Shown here one piece after another: positions 9,752 to 19,288 of a stretch of DNA of 32,318 bases (position 1 is its first letter; every line of letters starts with the position of its first letter). The stretch lies in NCBI GenBank assembly GCA_051941275.1, contig JAVEBF010000080.1, positions 1 through 32,318 of the forward strand, given 5' to 3'. The translations under genes and the position numbers were made by a program. The stretch is from Dirinaria sp. TL-2023a. Its lineage: Eukaryota. The notes under the pieces are model-generated. The model did not search any database. It saw only the letters and a list, made by a program, of their open reading frames with translations, and was not told where the DNA came from.

Positions 9752-12100
9752 ATGCTTAAGGCAGCATGTCGCCAAACCTGGAAATATCGACAATCACTGC
9801 GCCAGAGACGAATACACATCTGTTATCGAGCCTATCAATCCGCTTCCGCACCGGCTCAAGCCTTGAGTCTTCGATGGGATACCAAAATTTCAAAGAACCA
9901 TGATGACCGCACTCTGCGTGAGATCTTTGACTCTCACCATGTCTGGTCCGCCTTCTCAAGCAATGACACTTCGAGGGCCCGAAAAGGGCTTTTCCAAAAC
10001 ATCTATCTCAAAGATCCAGCGGGGTTTGAGAGGTTTGCAGAAGCAACACTGGCACGATGCAAAAGGATAGTCGGCAAGGTACTCGATGCCTCAAGCCAGC
10101 AGGATTACGAAGACCTACCTGATGCTTTCGACCGATTGAGTGACTCCCTATGCCGAGTACTCGATCTCTCAGACTTTGTCCGGGCCACGCATCCAGATAA
10201 AAGGTTCCAAGTTGCTGCCGATGGAGCTTATCAAATACTGTACGAGTACATGAATGTTCTCAATACCACTCCAAGGCTCAACGAGCAGCTGAAAAGGGCT
10301 CTAGCACAGCCGGAAGTCACAGGGAAATGGACTGAAGAGCAAAGGAATGTAGCTCAAAGGCTGCTCGAGGACTTCTCCAAATCAGCTATACATCTACCAC
10401 AAGCAAAACGAGAACGCTTTGTCGATCTGTCTAGTGCCATTAGCAACCTAGGGAATCGTTTCTTAGCTGGAATGGCCCCTGCACAATCCACGCTTATCTT
10501 TGATGGGGCCCGATTGAAGGGCATGGATCCGACGCATGTGAAGGAAATCACCGATCGACGGGGCAGGGCCCATATCCCTGTCATTGGTCCTTATGCGACA
10601 CTCGCCCTGAGACATGTTCAAGACGCAGCTATTCGAAGAGAGATATATACTGCCGGACGCACTTGCACGGGAGAGCAGGTTTCCATCCTTGAACAGCTGC
10701 TGCATATGCGTGCAGAAATCGCGGGTTTGGCTGGTTTTCGCAGCTATGCGGAATTGAACTTGAGTGACAAAATGGCAAAGACACCCGATGCTGTAAATTC
10801 GTTCCTGGCTGCGTTGTCGGCCGATAATGCACTACACATCAAGCAGGAGACGGACGAAATGCTAAGCTTAGCAAGTAAGGAAGTATCTTCTGAGAGGGCA
10901 ATCCTGAGCATCGATGCGTGGGATAAAGAGTACTACAGCCGTCGTCTCGCAAGTCAAATCATGTCGAAATCGAGGAGACCGGATTTCATCTCCGCCTACT
11001 TTTCCCTTGGTACTGTTATGCAAGGTCTTTCGAGACTCTTCAGTCGCCTCTACGGTGTCCGTTTTGTTCCTCACGAGACCTCGCCTGGCGAAACATGGAG
11101 TCCTGACGTGCGCCGCCTTGACATCATCGACGAGCTAGAAGGGCACATAGCAGTCGTCTACTGTGATTTGTTTGCCCGCGCAGGCAAGAACCCCAACCCT
11201 GCTCACTTTACTGTCCGCTGCTCCCGCCATATCACACCTATCGATCTTGCCGAAGCTTCTGAAGATATACCGGGTCTAGATCCAATTCTAGCTGCCAATG
11301 ATGGTATGGCGACCGCTGTCAGTCCCACTACTGGTATCTTACATCAACTCCCCACGATAGTCCTTATCTGTGACTTTGCTGCGCCTGGTGACCTTCGCAC
11401 ACCTACCCTCCTGTCTTTCCGGGACGTTCAGACACTTTTCCACGAGATGGGGCATGCCATACACTCCATTCTCGGCCGCACCGCCCTACAGGTCGTCTCA
11501 GGCACGCGCTGCGCGACCGACTTCGCCGAGTTGCCGTCTGTCCTCATGGAGCATTTTGCAGCCGATCCTTCTGTCCTTGCGCTCTTCGCGCGACATTGGG
11601 AGACTGGCGCCACGCTTCCGTACGATATGGTGGCCGAGCGCCTGACCATCGACCGCAAAGGCCAGGGCGCAGATGCAGAACACCAGATCCTGCTTGCGAT
11701 GCTCGACCAAGCCTATCATTCCCCTATCGCCGCGTCTTCGAGCTTTGATAGCACTGAGGCGTTTCACGACATCCATGCACGCTATAGCAGTGTTGCTGAG
11801 CCGCGCGGAACCACCGCGCAGGGCTTCTTTGGACACCTGGTCGAGTACGGTGGATTGTACTACAGTTACCTGTTCGATCGAGCGATCGCAGGTAAGGTAT
11901 GGAAGAAGGTTTTCGCGGGCGGGAAGGGGGAAGGGGCAGTGATGAGAGAGAATGGCGAGAGGTTCCGACAAGAAGTGCTGCAATGGGGCGGAGGCAGGGA
12001 TGGTTGGAAATGTGTTGCTGCGGTATTGGGGGATGAAACGCTGAGCGAGGGGGGTCCGCAGGCTATGAGAAAGGTGGGTGAATGGGGGGTCAAGGACTAA
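9752..12100 (+). CDS. OCT1: Mitochondrial intermediate peptidase (M3A metallopeptidase), 782 aa, single exon
   Basis: Arg-rich presequence-like N-terminus. Motifs DRLSDSLCRVLDLSDFVR, YMNVLNT, AHFTVRCSR, zinc motif FHEMGHAIHS, GTRCATDFAELPS, FGHLVEYG..YYSY. Confidence 0.96.
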   Translation: MLKAACRQTWKYRQSLRQRRIHICYRAYQSASAPAQALSLRWDTKISKNHDDRTLREIFDSHHVWSAFSSNDTSRARKGLFQNIYLKDPAGFERFAEATLARCKRIVGKVLDASSQQDYEDLPDAFDRLSDSLCRVLDLSDFVRATHPDKRFQVAADGAYQILYEYMNVLNTTPRLNEQLKRALAQPEVTGKWTEEQRNVAQRLLEDFSKSAIHLPQAKRERFVDLSSAISNLGNRFLAGMAPAQSTLIFDGARLKGMDPTHVKEITDRRGRAHIPVIGPYATLALRHVQDAAIRREIYTAGRTCTGEQVSILEQLLHMRAEIAGLAGFRSYAELNLSDKMAKTPDAVNSFLAALSADNALHIKQETDEMLSLASKEVSSERAILSIDAWDKEYYSRRLASQIMSKSRRPDFISAYFSLGTVMQGLSRLFSRLYGVRFVPHETSPGETWSPDVRRLDIIDELEGHIAVVYCDLFARAGKNPNPAHFTVRCSRHITPIDLAEASEDIPGLDPILAANDGMATAVSPTTGILHQLPTIVLICDFAAPGDLRTPTLLSFRDVQTLFHEMGHAIHSILGRTALQVVSGTRCATDFAELPSVLMEHFAADPSVLALFARHWETGATLPYDMVAERLTIDRKGQGADAEHQILLAMLDQAYHSPIAASSSFDSTEAFHDIHARYSSVAEPRGTTAQGFFGHLVEYGGLYYSYLFDRAIAGKVWKKVFAGGKGEGAVMRENGERFRQEVLQWGGGRDGWKCVAAVLGDETLSEGGPQAMRKVGEWGVKD

Positions 12101-12288
12101 AGAACATACAGGTCTTTACTCGGTACTCGTACTACGGATTTTAGATCGCAGTCAGACATTATTAACCCTACGACTCACTCTCACCTATGCGTTGATGCTC
12201 CGTCCAAGGCTAGTGAGATGGCGTAGGGTATATCGCTAAACATACAGTCTATGGAAGTCAGGCCAGCAGTCAAGAATCTGCGTATATG

Positions 12289-14477
12289 TTAATAAATTGG
12301 TCGTCCCTCATCCCACTTCCGAGCCTCCACCATCTCCCGGTGACCCTCAGATGGACTCGCAACCGCTCCATCCGGCGTGCTCGCCCCTCCCCAGCTAACC
12401 CTCCCACTTTCCGTCCTCCCTCCATCCCGAAGCATGCCCACACTACCGATCCACTCCCACACTCTGCTGACCTCGCCGCCCCTTCCCTCCCGCACAGCAG
12501 CCCTTACGTTTGCGTTGCGCTCCACCACCGCCGCGACCTTGGTCCAAAACTTGTCCCTCCTGCTCGCCGAAAACTCATCTCGCAAAACGTCGTCTCTCAG
12601 CTGTCCAACGCTGATCCAACTCTCTGGCGCCTCGCCCCTGGCATTCAATGCCGCTTGAGTGGCTAGTCTATCGAGTGTCGTTGCGACCAAAGAGGGTATA
12701 CGTGCGTTCGAGGACTGAAGAGAGCGGATATGGGATCGCACGTAAGCTAGGAGACTACAAAAGCCTAGGAAAAGGATAATGCTGAGTCGATAGCGCGCCA
12801 GCGTGAGTCGGATGGATCGTCGGAAGGCACAGACGAGAGGGAGACGGGCGAGGGAGGTGCTGCGGAGGAGGCGTCTTCGGGACTGGTTAGTGTCAGATGA
12901 TTTAGTGTGGACGGTCTATGGATTTAGTTGCAAAGGAACAGATGTGTAGGGTGAGCGAGTGGGAGGATCATGGGGTTTTACCCGTTGGAAGAGATGTCCT
13001 CACGAGTCATTATCTCACCAATTGCGTCTTTCCACAGATCTTCGAATTCAGCCTCGCTCATTCCTTTCCGCCGCTTCCGCACAACTGCTGATTTGAGATC
13101 TTGAGTGTCAACCTCTGCTGTCGGGATGCCTTTGCCTTTCTCATCTACAAGTGTCCCACATTCCCATTTTGCATTTCGTTCTCTAAGCTCTTCAACAGCG
13201 CGATCGGCCACCACTTTGACGCGTCGCACCTTCTCTCCATCTGGCTCGCAAGTTGGCGGGATTGGCAGAATGCCGCTGAGAGAGAGCGGGTGGGGGTTCA
13301 ATACGAAGTCTTTCTCACATCTTGTCTCCATACTCTCGTAGCAGTATGCATGCGGTGGACAAGGCTCGCATGTAGGCTGCAGGAAGCTTGACCAGTCGAG
13401 CACTTGCACATTCGAGAGAGCAGTCGATGGCCGCCCCACTCCGCAGTAGCCGACTGCAAATTTTTCCTGCCGGAACCATAGGGCGTAGCCGGATAGCAGA
13501 CTCGTAAGGATCACCCAAGGGGCGGACCTTGGTACCAGGCTGGTTCTGAGTGGGCGTTTCCTGCGCGGTGGAAGGATGTCTCGCTCGCCATTCTTTGCGC
13601 GTTCTCGGACGAGTTCTAGCGTCTCTTCTGGACTGAACTCCTCACCAGCTTCAAGGCCATCGTCCGGTTCTTGCTTGATTCGTGTGCCTCGCGCCTTCAC
13701 AGGAAAAACTTTGAATGCTTGCGAAGACCGCACAGGAATGCCATCTTCCTGCTTATGTACTGACACCTCCGTGCTGGGAACACCCGTAGTCTTTCGTCTC
13801 TTCGATGTACTCTTCTTGCGGTCGCCGCCACTGACAGCACTCCTTCGCCGAGGCTCGGTGGCTGCCAAAGGTGAGCTACCGCTCTGAAAAGGATTCTCGT
13901 CACTGAAGGCGCTGCTTCTGATCGGGGGTCGCGTCGCAGAGTCGTCTGGCTCTTCAACCTTCATAGTCGGCGTAGTCTCGCTTCTCCGGTTTCTGCGCGA
14001 GGAATCCCGCTGTACGTCGGCTCTGAGATCGGATTCCGTGTCCGAAGAACGAGCGTGCTTGCTAGAGCGCTTTCGGCTACTTGAGGTTCTGCCGCCAGCG
14101 GCGGCAGAGTCTACATCGTCGACTGGGGTCCGGGAGCTGTGTCGAGGTCTTCTTTTTGTTGCGTGCGGTAAGGGCGGCGGACGCATGGAGCCGGTATCAT
14201 CCGCGTCATCACCGTTCACTGCTCCCTCTTGACTGCTGGGCATGTCCGTAATTCCCCTGCTGGTTCTTCTCACTCGCTCGCGAGCAGCTAGTATTTTACG
14301 TGAACGAGGTACGAGCTCGCGAGTAAAGATGTCAATGAGTTGCGATTTCTTAGCTGAAGCTGGAAAAGAGATGTTGTGCTCGACGAAAATAGAGCGAAGT
14401 TTAGGTACGGTGAGCGACGCAGGGTCGAATGATGGTGATAGATACTCCATGTCAACAAGATCGATTTCCGAAGCCAT
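12289..14477 (-). CDS. SRC1: Inner nuclear membrane LEM/HEH protein Src1/Heh1 (Man1 family), ~693 aa; exons 14477-12982, 12874-12289
   Basis: N-terminal HEH motif YLSPSFDPASLTVPKLRSIF..KKSQLI. TM1 followed by GYCG, lumenal CEPCPPHAYC..C..CEPD, then TM2 and C-terminal winged helix (QLRDDVL..FWTKV..VE.NANVR..VWEWIG). The in-frame acceptor is AAG at 12877-12875. Confidence 0.92.
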
Positions 14478-14563
14478 CGTGCCGTCGGACAGCAGAAAGG
14501 CGATGGACTAGCTCAGCCAGTCAGAATATGGGTTTCAGAAGCCGAGTCGGAGAGAATACTGCA

Positions 14564-14800
14564 AAGGTAGGTAAGGTAGGTAAGAAGGTACGGTAGTAAG
14601 GTAGATGTAAGCAGTTAAGAAGAAAAGTAGGGTAATAAGTTAGGTACGAGTACTCGTAAGCTAAGGTAGTCTTTCCGGTATCATAAAACACAAGGATGAG
14701 CTGAGCTTCCCTAATAATGTGCGGTAGACAAGGTATTCGTACTGTACTTACCTAAGGTACCTAAGCTATATATCCTGTAAAAGGTACTTTAGGTAAGGTG
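14564..14800. repeat. Low-complexity AGGTA/AAGGTAGG tract upstream of SRC1
   Basis: Many GGTAAGGTAGG-type units visible. Similar tracts occur at ~16850-16972, 18895-19016, 23043-23072 and 29263-29408. Confidence 0.75.
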
Positions 14801-14869
14801 GAAGGGCTGGTACGAGGTCCTTTAGGCAGAGGTGAGTCTTGGCGCCGGTACAAGCACTTAGTCTCTTAG

Positions 14870-15094
14870 TACTCGCATTCACCTACCTACTTTCTTGGTT
14901 CACCTAGACACCTACCCTACCTTACCTACCTTACCTTACTTTCTTGTCAGGGTTAAGGCTACACGCAGTTTTTCACTTAGGGTTGATGGAAGGTATTTTA
15001 GTGGGGTGAAATATTCTCTGTAGCCCTAACCCTAACAAGAAAGTACCTACCTAAGGTAAGGTAGGTGAACCAAGAAAGTAGGTGAATGCGAGTA
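14870..15094. repeat. Long imperfect inverted repeat (foldback) containing telomere-like TTAGGG/CCCTAA units
   Basis: 14870-14906 is the reverse complement of 15062-15094 apart from a 4-nt indel. 14937-14963 matches the reverse complement of 15019-15045 at 25/27. Confidence 0.85.
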
Positions 15095-15726
15095 AAGTAA
15101 GGTAGGTAAGGTAAGGTAGGTATGTAGGTAGGTTTCGTAGCTCTCGTACCTTGCAAAGACTTATAACTTTCCATCAATGTCAATTGCACAGTCCCCGCTC
15201 TTGGATCGGCTTTGCGCTGTGTTCAGAAACGCCAACATGGTCAAGCTACATGTATGTTATCTCTGTCCTCTTACCGGAAGCGACGGGAACACGGCATAAG
15301 CCATTGTTGGATACCTTAGGACGTTCACCGAATCTTACCCACTGTTTTTACCGCCATCAAGGGAGTGTCTTTTCGAACACAATATTGAATTAAGAATTTA
15401 CCTAATTTACTTGCTACAGCTTGGTCTCGACAGACAGTGCTTCGCTTCGAGATATCTACAGACACACAAAAATCGATGACTTTACAGAATCTAAGACCAG
15501 CTATCCTTCAGATCATGATCAAGATAAGGCTCCACAATTACGAGAGTCGTTAATCCACCACCACCACCTCAACAACGCCAAACGTAAGTAGGCTTGACGC
15601 TAAGGATTCCCACCACAAAAGAGTCCGTCTACCTTTTCCATGCCCCTTTACAATGGGCTCAATATTATGCTCCTTCAAAAGCGCATTGCAAGTGGCTCGT
15701 AGACCTGTGCCCAAAACTGGGTATCA

Positions 15727-16454
15727 CTATCTAACGATGCCGTCGTTTTGCTTGCCAGGCGGTGGGCCGGGTGGTGGGCTGTAAGCATTATCTCCACCAC
15801 GCTGAGGCTGATAGGTATTGCTGGGAAAGCTAGGCTGAAGCTCCACGCTGTTCTGCTGCCCTCCCCCAAAGTAGCCTTGGTTGCTATCGTGTCCATAATA
15901 GCCCTGGTTGGGTGGCGCATATGCAGGTGCAGCGTTGTTTGATTGCTGATAGTATGGCTGCGGAGCTCCAGTATATTGAGCAGGCGCGTGACCGGCTGGG
16001 GTTCTGCCAGCTGCCCAGCCTGTACCGCGGTACGGGTTCATGCCCTGTCGGCGACGACGTCGAGCGGTGATACATCTGTAGAATCGTCAGAACTAAGACG
16101 TCTGATCGCGAATGTAACTGGGGACTATTTACGCGAATGCGAAAAAAATAAAAAAGGCGCCGGCGATGATAGCAGCTAGGACGATCCAACGACCATAGGA
16201 ATCCCAATTGCTATACCCATCATCATCATAGCATCTACCATTCCTTTCGTAATATCCGTCAGGACAGCTACGAGGATCATCTGTTAGTGATTGAGTTCTC
16301 TCAAAGATCGCGGCTGAGAAAGCGCCGCTGGAACGAATTCACTGCCGGCATCTCCCAGATCGTGAATCACGATGATTCAACAGTGTTATGAGATAGTGGG
16401 TCTATATCATTCGAAATGAAGTACTCACTAATACTGTCTTGGTAACAGAATCAT
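15727..16454 (-). CDS. RCR1-like (Congo red resistance/chitin synthesis regulation) single-pass membrane protein, ~169 aa; exons 16454-16429, 16267-16133, 16075-15727
   Basis: Spliced product MILLPRQYYCPDGYYERNGRCY..WDSYGRW-[TM]-CITARRRRRQGMNPYRGTGW, followed by a Pro/Tyr/Gln-rich tail ending YSPPPGPPP. This layout is typical of fungal RCR-family proteins. 510 nt, in frame. Confidence 0.85.
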
Positions 16455-16977
16455 AGTTCTTAAGGTAAGGTAGGGATGGACGCTCGATGTGCGGAAGGAG
16501 CCGCGGCAAATGGACTGTGACCGAGAAAGTGGTATAGTATTGAAGGTACTCAGTAAGCAGCTCTTGCAGCGAATGGAGGAAGTGATGTGATATTTGTACG
16601 GTCTATGGGCTTGAAAAAGAAAGCTGGGATGAAAGCGTCAGCATTATTGCGGTTGACGAATCTTTCGGCCGCCACTTGCTTGGCTAAGGAGGCAGTGCTG
16701 GCCGCAGTACAGGCTGCAGTACAGGGACTCGAGAGGGAGTATCCTTATTCCTTAAGTGGTGGCAGCCGAGGCAGCCTAGAGCCCTAGGCCCCTAGAGTCT
16801 AGAAGTCCACACTACTCCCGTCCCGTCTCTAGGAGTAGTACCAGGGCAGAGTACCTTAGGTACTTTACCTTACAGATCCGTACCTAGGTACCTTACCTTA
16901 CTCGTAGGTAGGTAATAACGTAATCATCAGGTCTGGCCTTCCCCCCTTTAGGTTTCCCTACCTTACTTTACCGTAAT

Positions 16978-17015
16978 CGAGCCCGTCGAGTCACGTGATC
17001 TTCCGGACGGGCTCG
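16978..17015. promoter_or_regulatory. E-box GTCACGTGA (16990-16998) enclosed by a perfect 10-bp inverted repeat
   Basis: CGAGCCCGTC (16978-16987) and GACGGGCTCG (17006-17015). Lies ~530 bp upstream of the RCR1-like ATG. Confidence 0.45.
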
Positions 17016-17553
17016 CGGGTACCTATGCCAGGTGCCGCCAATCCAGATCGAGTCTTAGCTGGTCAAATGTTCATGCAAGATGAGTTGGCAAGGCAAGGAT
17101 GACGGCTTTAAAGGCTTGAGACTTCCTCCCTCTCTCTTCTCACTGCTGCTTCACCATCCTCGGGTACCGGTTGCATGGAGACATGCGGAGTCTATGTGGA
17201 CCATTCTGGCTGCCGCAGACTGTCAGTGGGACTTGGGCCGAAACGAAACCATGTCTTCAACAGCCTGCGGCATCCGCTAAAGTTCTTTGGACAATCGCGT
17301 ATCCCGCACAAGAGATTCATTACAAAAGTACAGCATTGTTTTGAGTTCAGATCCCAGAGCAATAATACGCTCTCTCATATCCTGAGCCCAGTTTGCTGGG
17401 GTAACGGGAAGATATATCCGGCCATTGCTGGCAACCCTTCTCTCCATTTGTCTTGTCGTTATCGTAAAAAAAAAAGCTATTCGTACCTCGTCCTCAATCG
17501 CCCATGGCGGCAAGCCAACTCTCGTTGCTTTCTTTTCCTCTTCTCTCCTTTTC

Positions 17554-18489
17554 TTACTTACTTGCTCGCTTGATTAGCCACTGCAAGACCGCGTCCAGAT
17601 TTGTCTCTTCTTTGGCGCTAATGCCGTAGCAGCTGACTTCACGGTGCGAGACCGCTTTCAGATCCAGCGCATCAATGAGCTCATCCACGGACAGCTTTTC
17701 TGGGAGGTCGGACTTGTTCCCAAGAACAAGCAATGGGATCCCGTCAAGGACCGGCTTGTCCAGGAGCGCGTGGAGTTCATCTCGTGCTATATCCAGGCAT
17801 GTCTTGTCTGCAGCATCGACAATATAGCTCCGATTTGGTCAGTACACGTTCCACAGGAGCTTTGGGAATACTGGAGCATACACAATAGCGTTGACGCCGC
17901 GACAATATCTCTCCCACATCGAACGGAATCTCGGCTGACCACCAAGGTCCCAACTGAGCGTAATTAGAACCACTGGGCATTCTGCATGGACAGGGGATGT
18001 GCTCGACGCACCACTTCAATGTTACGTGACCTCTTTGGACACGCTTCATGTTGAAGCCGACTGTGGGTATCGAGCTTTATTTGTGACTTGTCAGCTTCAC
18101 CCAAGCTCACTCTTCAAACATAGCGATGATGTTGCCCTACTCTATTGTGAACTCTCCTCCCTGTCCAAACCGAATCAGCAAAGTATCTCGATAGCTTTCA
18201 AGAATCAAGAGGCTCCCCACCGCCAGCACACGCAACAAAGACGTCTTTCCTGCATTTTGCAGACCAATCATGGTAATATCCATTTCGGCGGCCCTGTCTC
18301 ATATGTCAACCGGTTCGACCTACGTGGAAAACGCTCCACAACTATTTCCTTGCAAGCGATAACCTTAGAGATCGCCATGTACATGCGGATCCAAGGCCAG
18401 CCGTGGATGAGGGTAGGACGACGCTGACAGGATACCTACCAGAAGAGGCGCAAGAGCCAGTCATATATGCTTCTGAAAAAGCCAGCCAT
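17554..18489 (-). CDS. ARL8: Arf-like small GTPase Arl8, 183 aa; exons 18489-18440, 18293-18221, 18160-18141, 18074-18012, 17953-17882, 17827-17554
   Basis: Spliced: [107 protein letters not shown] is diagnostic of Arl8. Mostly missed by the ORF track. Confidence 0.95.
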
Positions 18490-19137
18490 TGGCAGCGATG
18501 GGCTTTCACGGGACAAGGCGGTGAGATGGCAACTTTCACGGACGACCAGCCCTTGCAGTTCTCTGGGTCGACCAAATCTTCGCACGCGGGCGGCAGCGGC
18601 GGCCTTTCCTTTATCGGAGTAGCAGAAGTTCAACGTCTCGGCGGAAGGCAGTGAGGGCAAGTAAATATGAACCGAGCAGTACTTGGATGATCATCAGAAC
18701 GCCAAAAGCAGCCTTGTCGCAATCCTGTAACCAGCTTTCCTCGTAGTCCAGTGCAGCCCAGGATGGTGTAGATAGGTGCAGATCCGGCTAGAAGTGAAGT
18801 AGGTAAGGGTCGGTTGACGAACGAGCACAGTCGCAATACAGTGTGGGACGGAAGGGCAATTACCTAGAGTAGAAAAGTCACCCATCCGTAATAAAGTAAG
18901 GTAATAATAATAATAAAATAAGGTAAATAATCAGGTCGAAGCAAGGTAGAAAGTCGCTGCGGGCCAGGCCGCACTGTTGCCGGAAGACCTCGTGGACCTA
19001 CCTTACCCTCCTACCTAGCATTAATTACTCGAAAAAGATTCCAGAATTTCCAACGCCAGTGGTAGTGTGTGGGCTGCTCAGGTCGATGCCAATTCGCTCC
19101 TTCATTAATCGGTTGTGGGATTTTCCACCAATTTTCC

Positions 19138-19155
19138 TTTTTTTTTTTTTTTTTT
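19138..19155 (+). promoter_or_regulatory. Poly(dT) tract (18 nt) upstream of RPA135
   Basis: Direct read. Poly(dA:dT) tracts disfavour nucleosomes; a function here is inferred. Confidence 0.4.
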
Positions 19156-19288
19156 CCCTCTCGGAAAGCCCCAAAAGGTGTCACGAGCCCCCATCGGAAT
19201 CAAATCCCCTCTCTCAGCGCCTAGTAAGTAAGGTACGATAAACGAAATGCTGCCCTAAGCCTCAATAGTCCGCAACCGCCTTAGCCAA

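Noticed and set aside
15024..15036. CCCTAACCCTAAC as the template of a telomerase RNA gene
   Set aside because: It is one arm of an inverted repeat. The intergenic space (~1.25 kb, only ~700 nt downstream) looks too small for a Pezizomycotina TER, and I could not see a pseudoknot. A covariance-model search would settle it.
17080..18654. Several plus-strand ORFs of 66-142 aa
   Set aside because: They lie antisense to the six-exon ARL8 gene and its UTRs.
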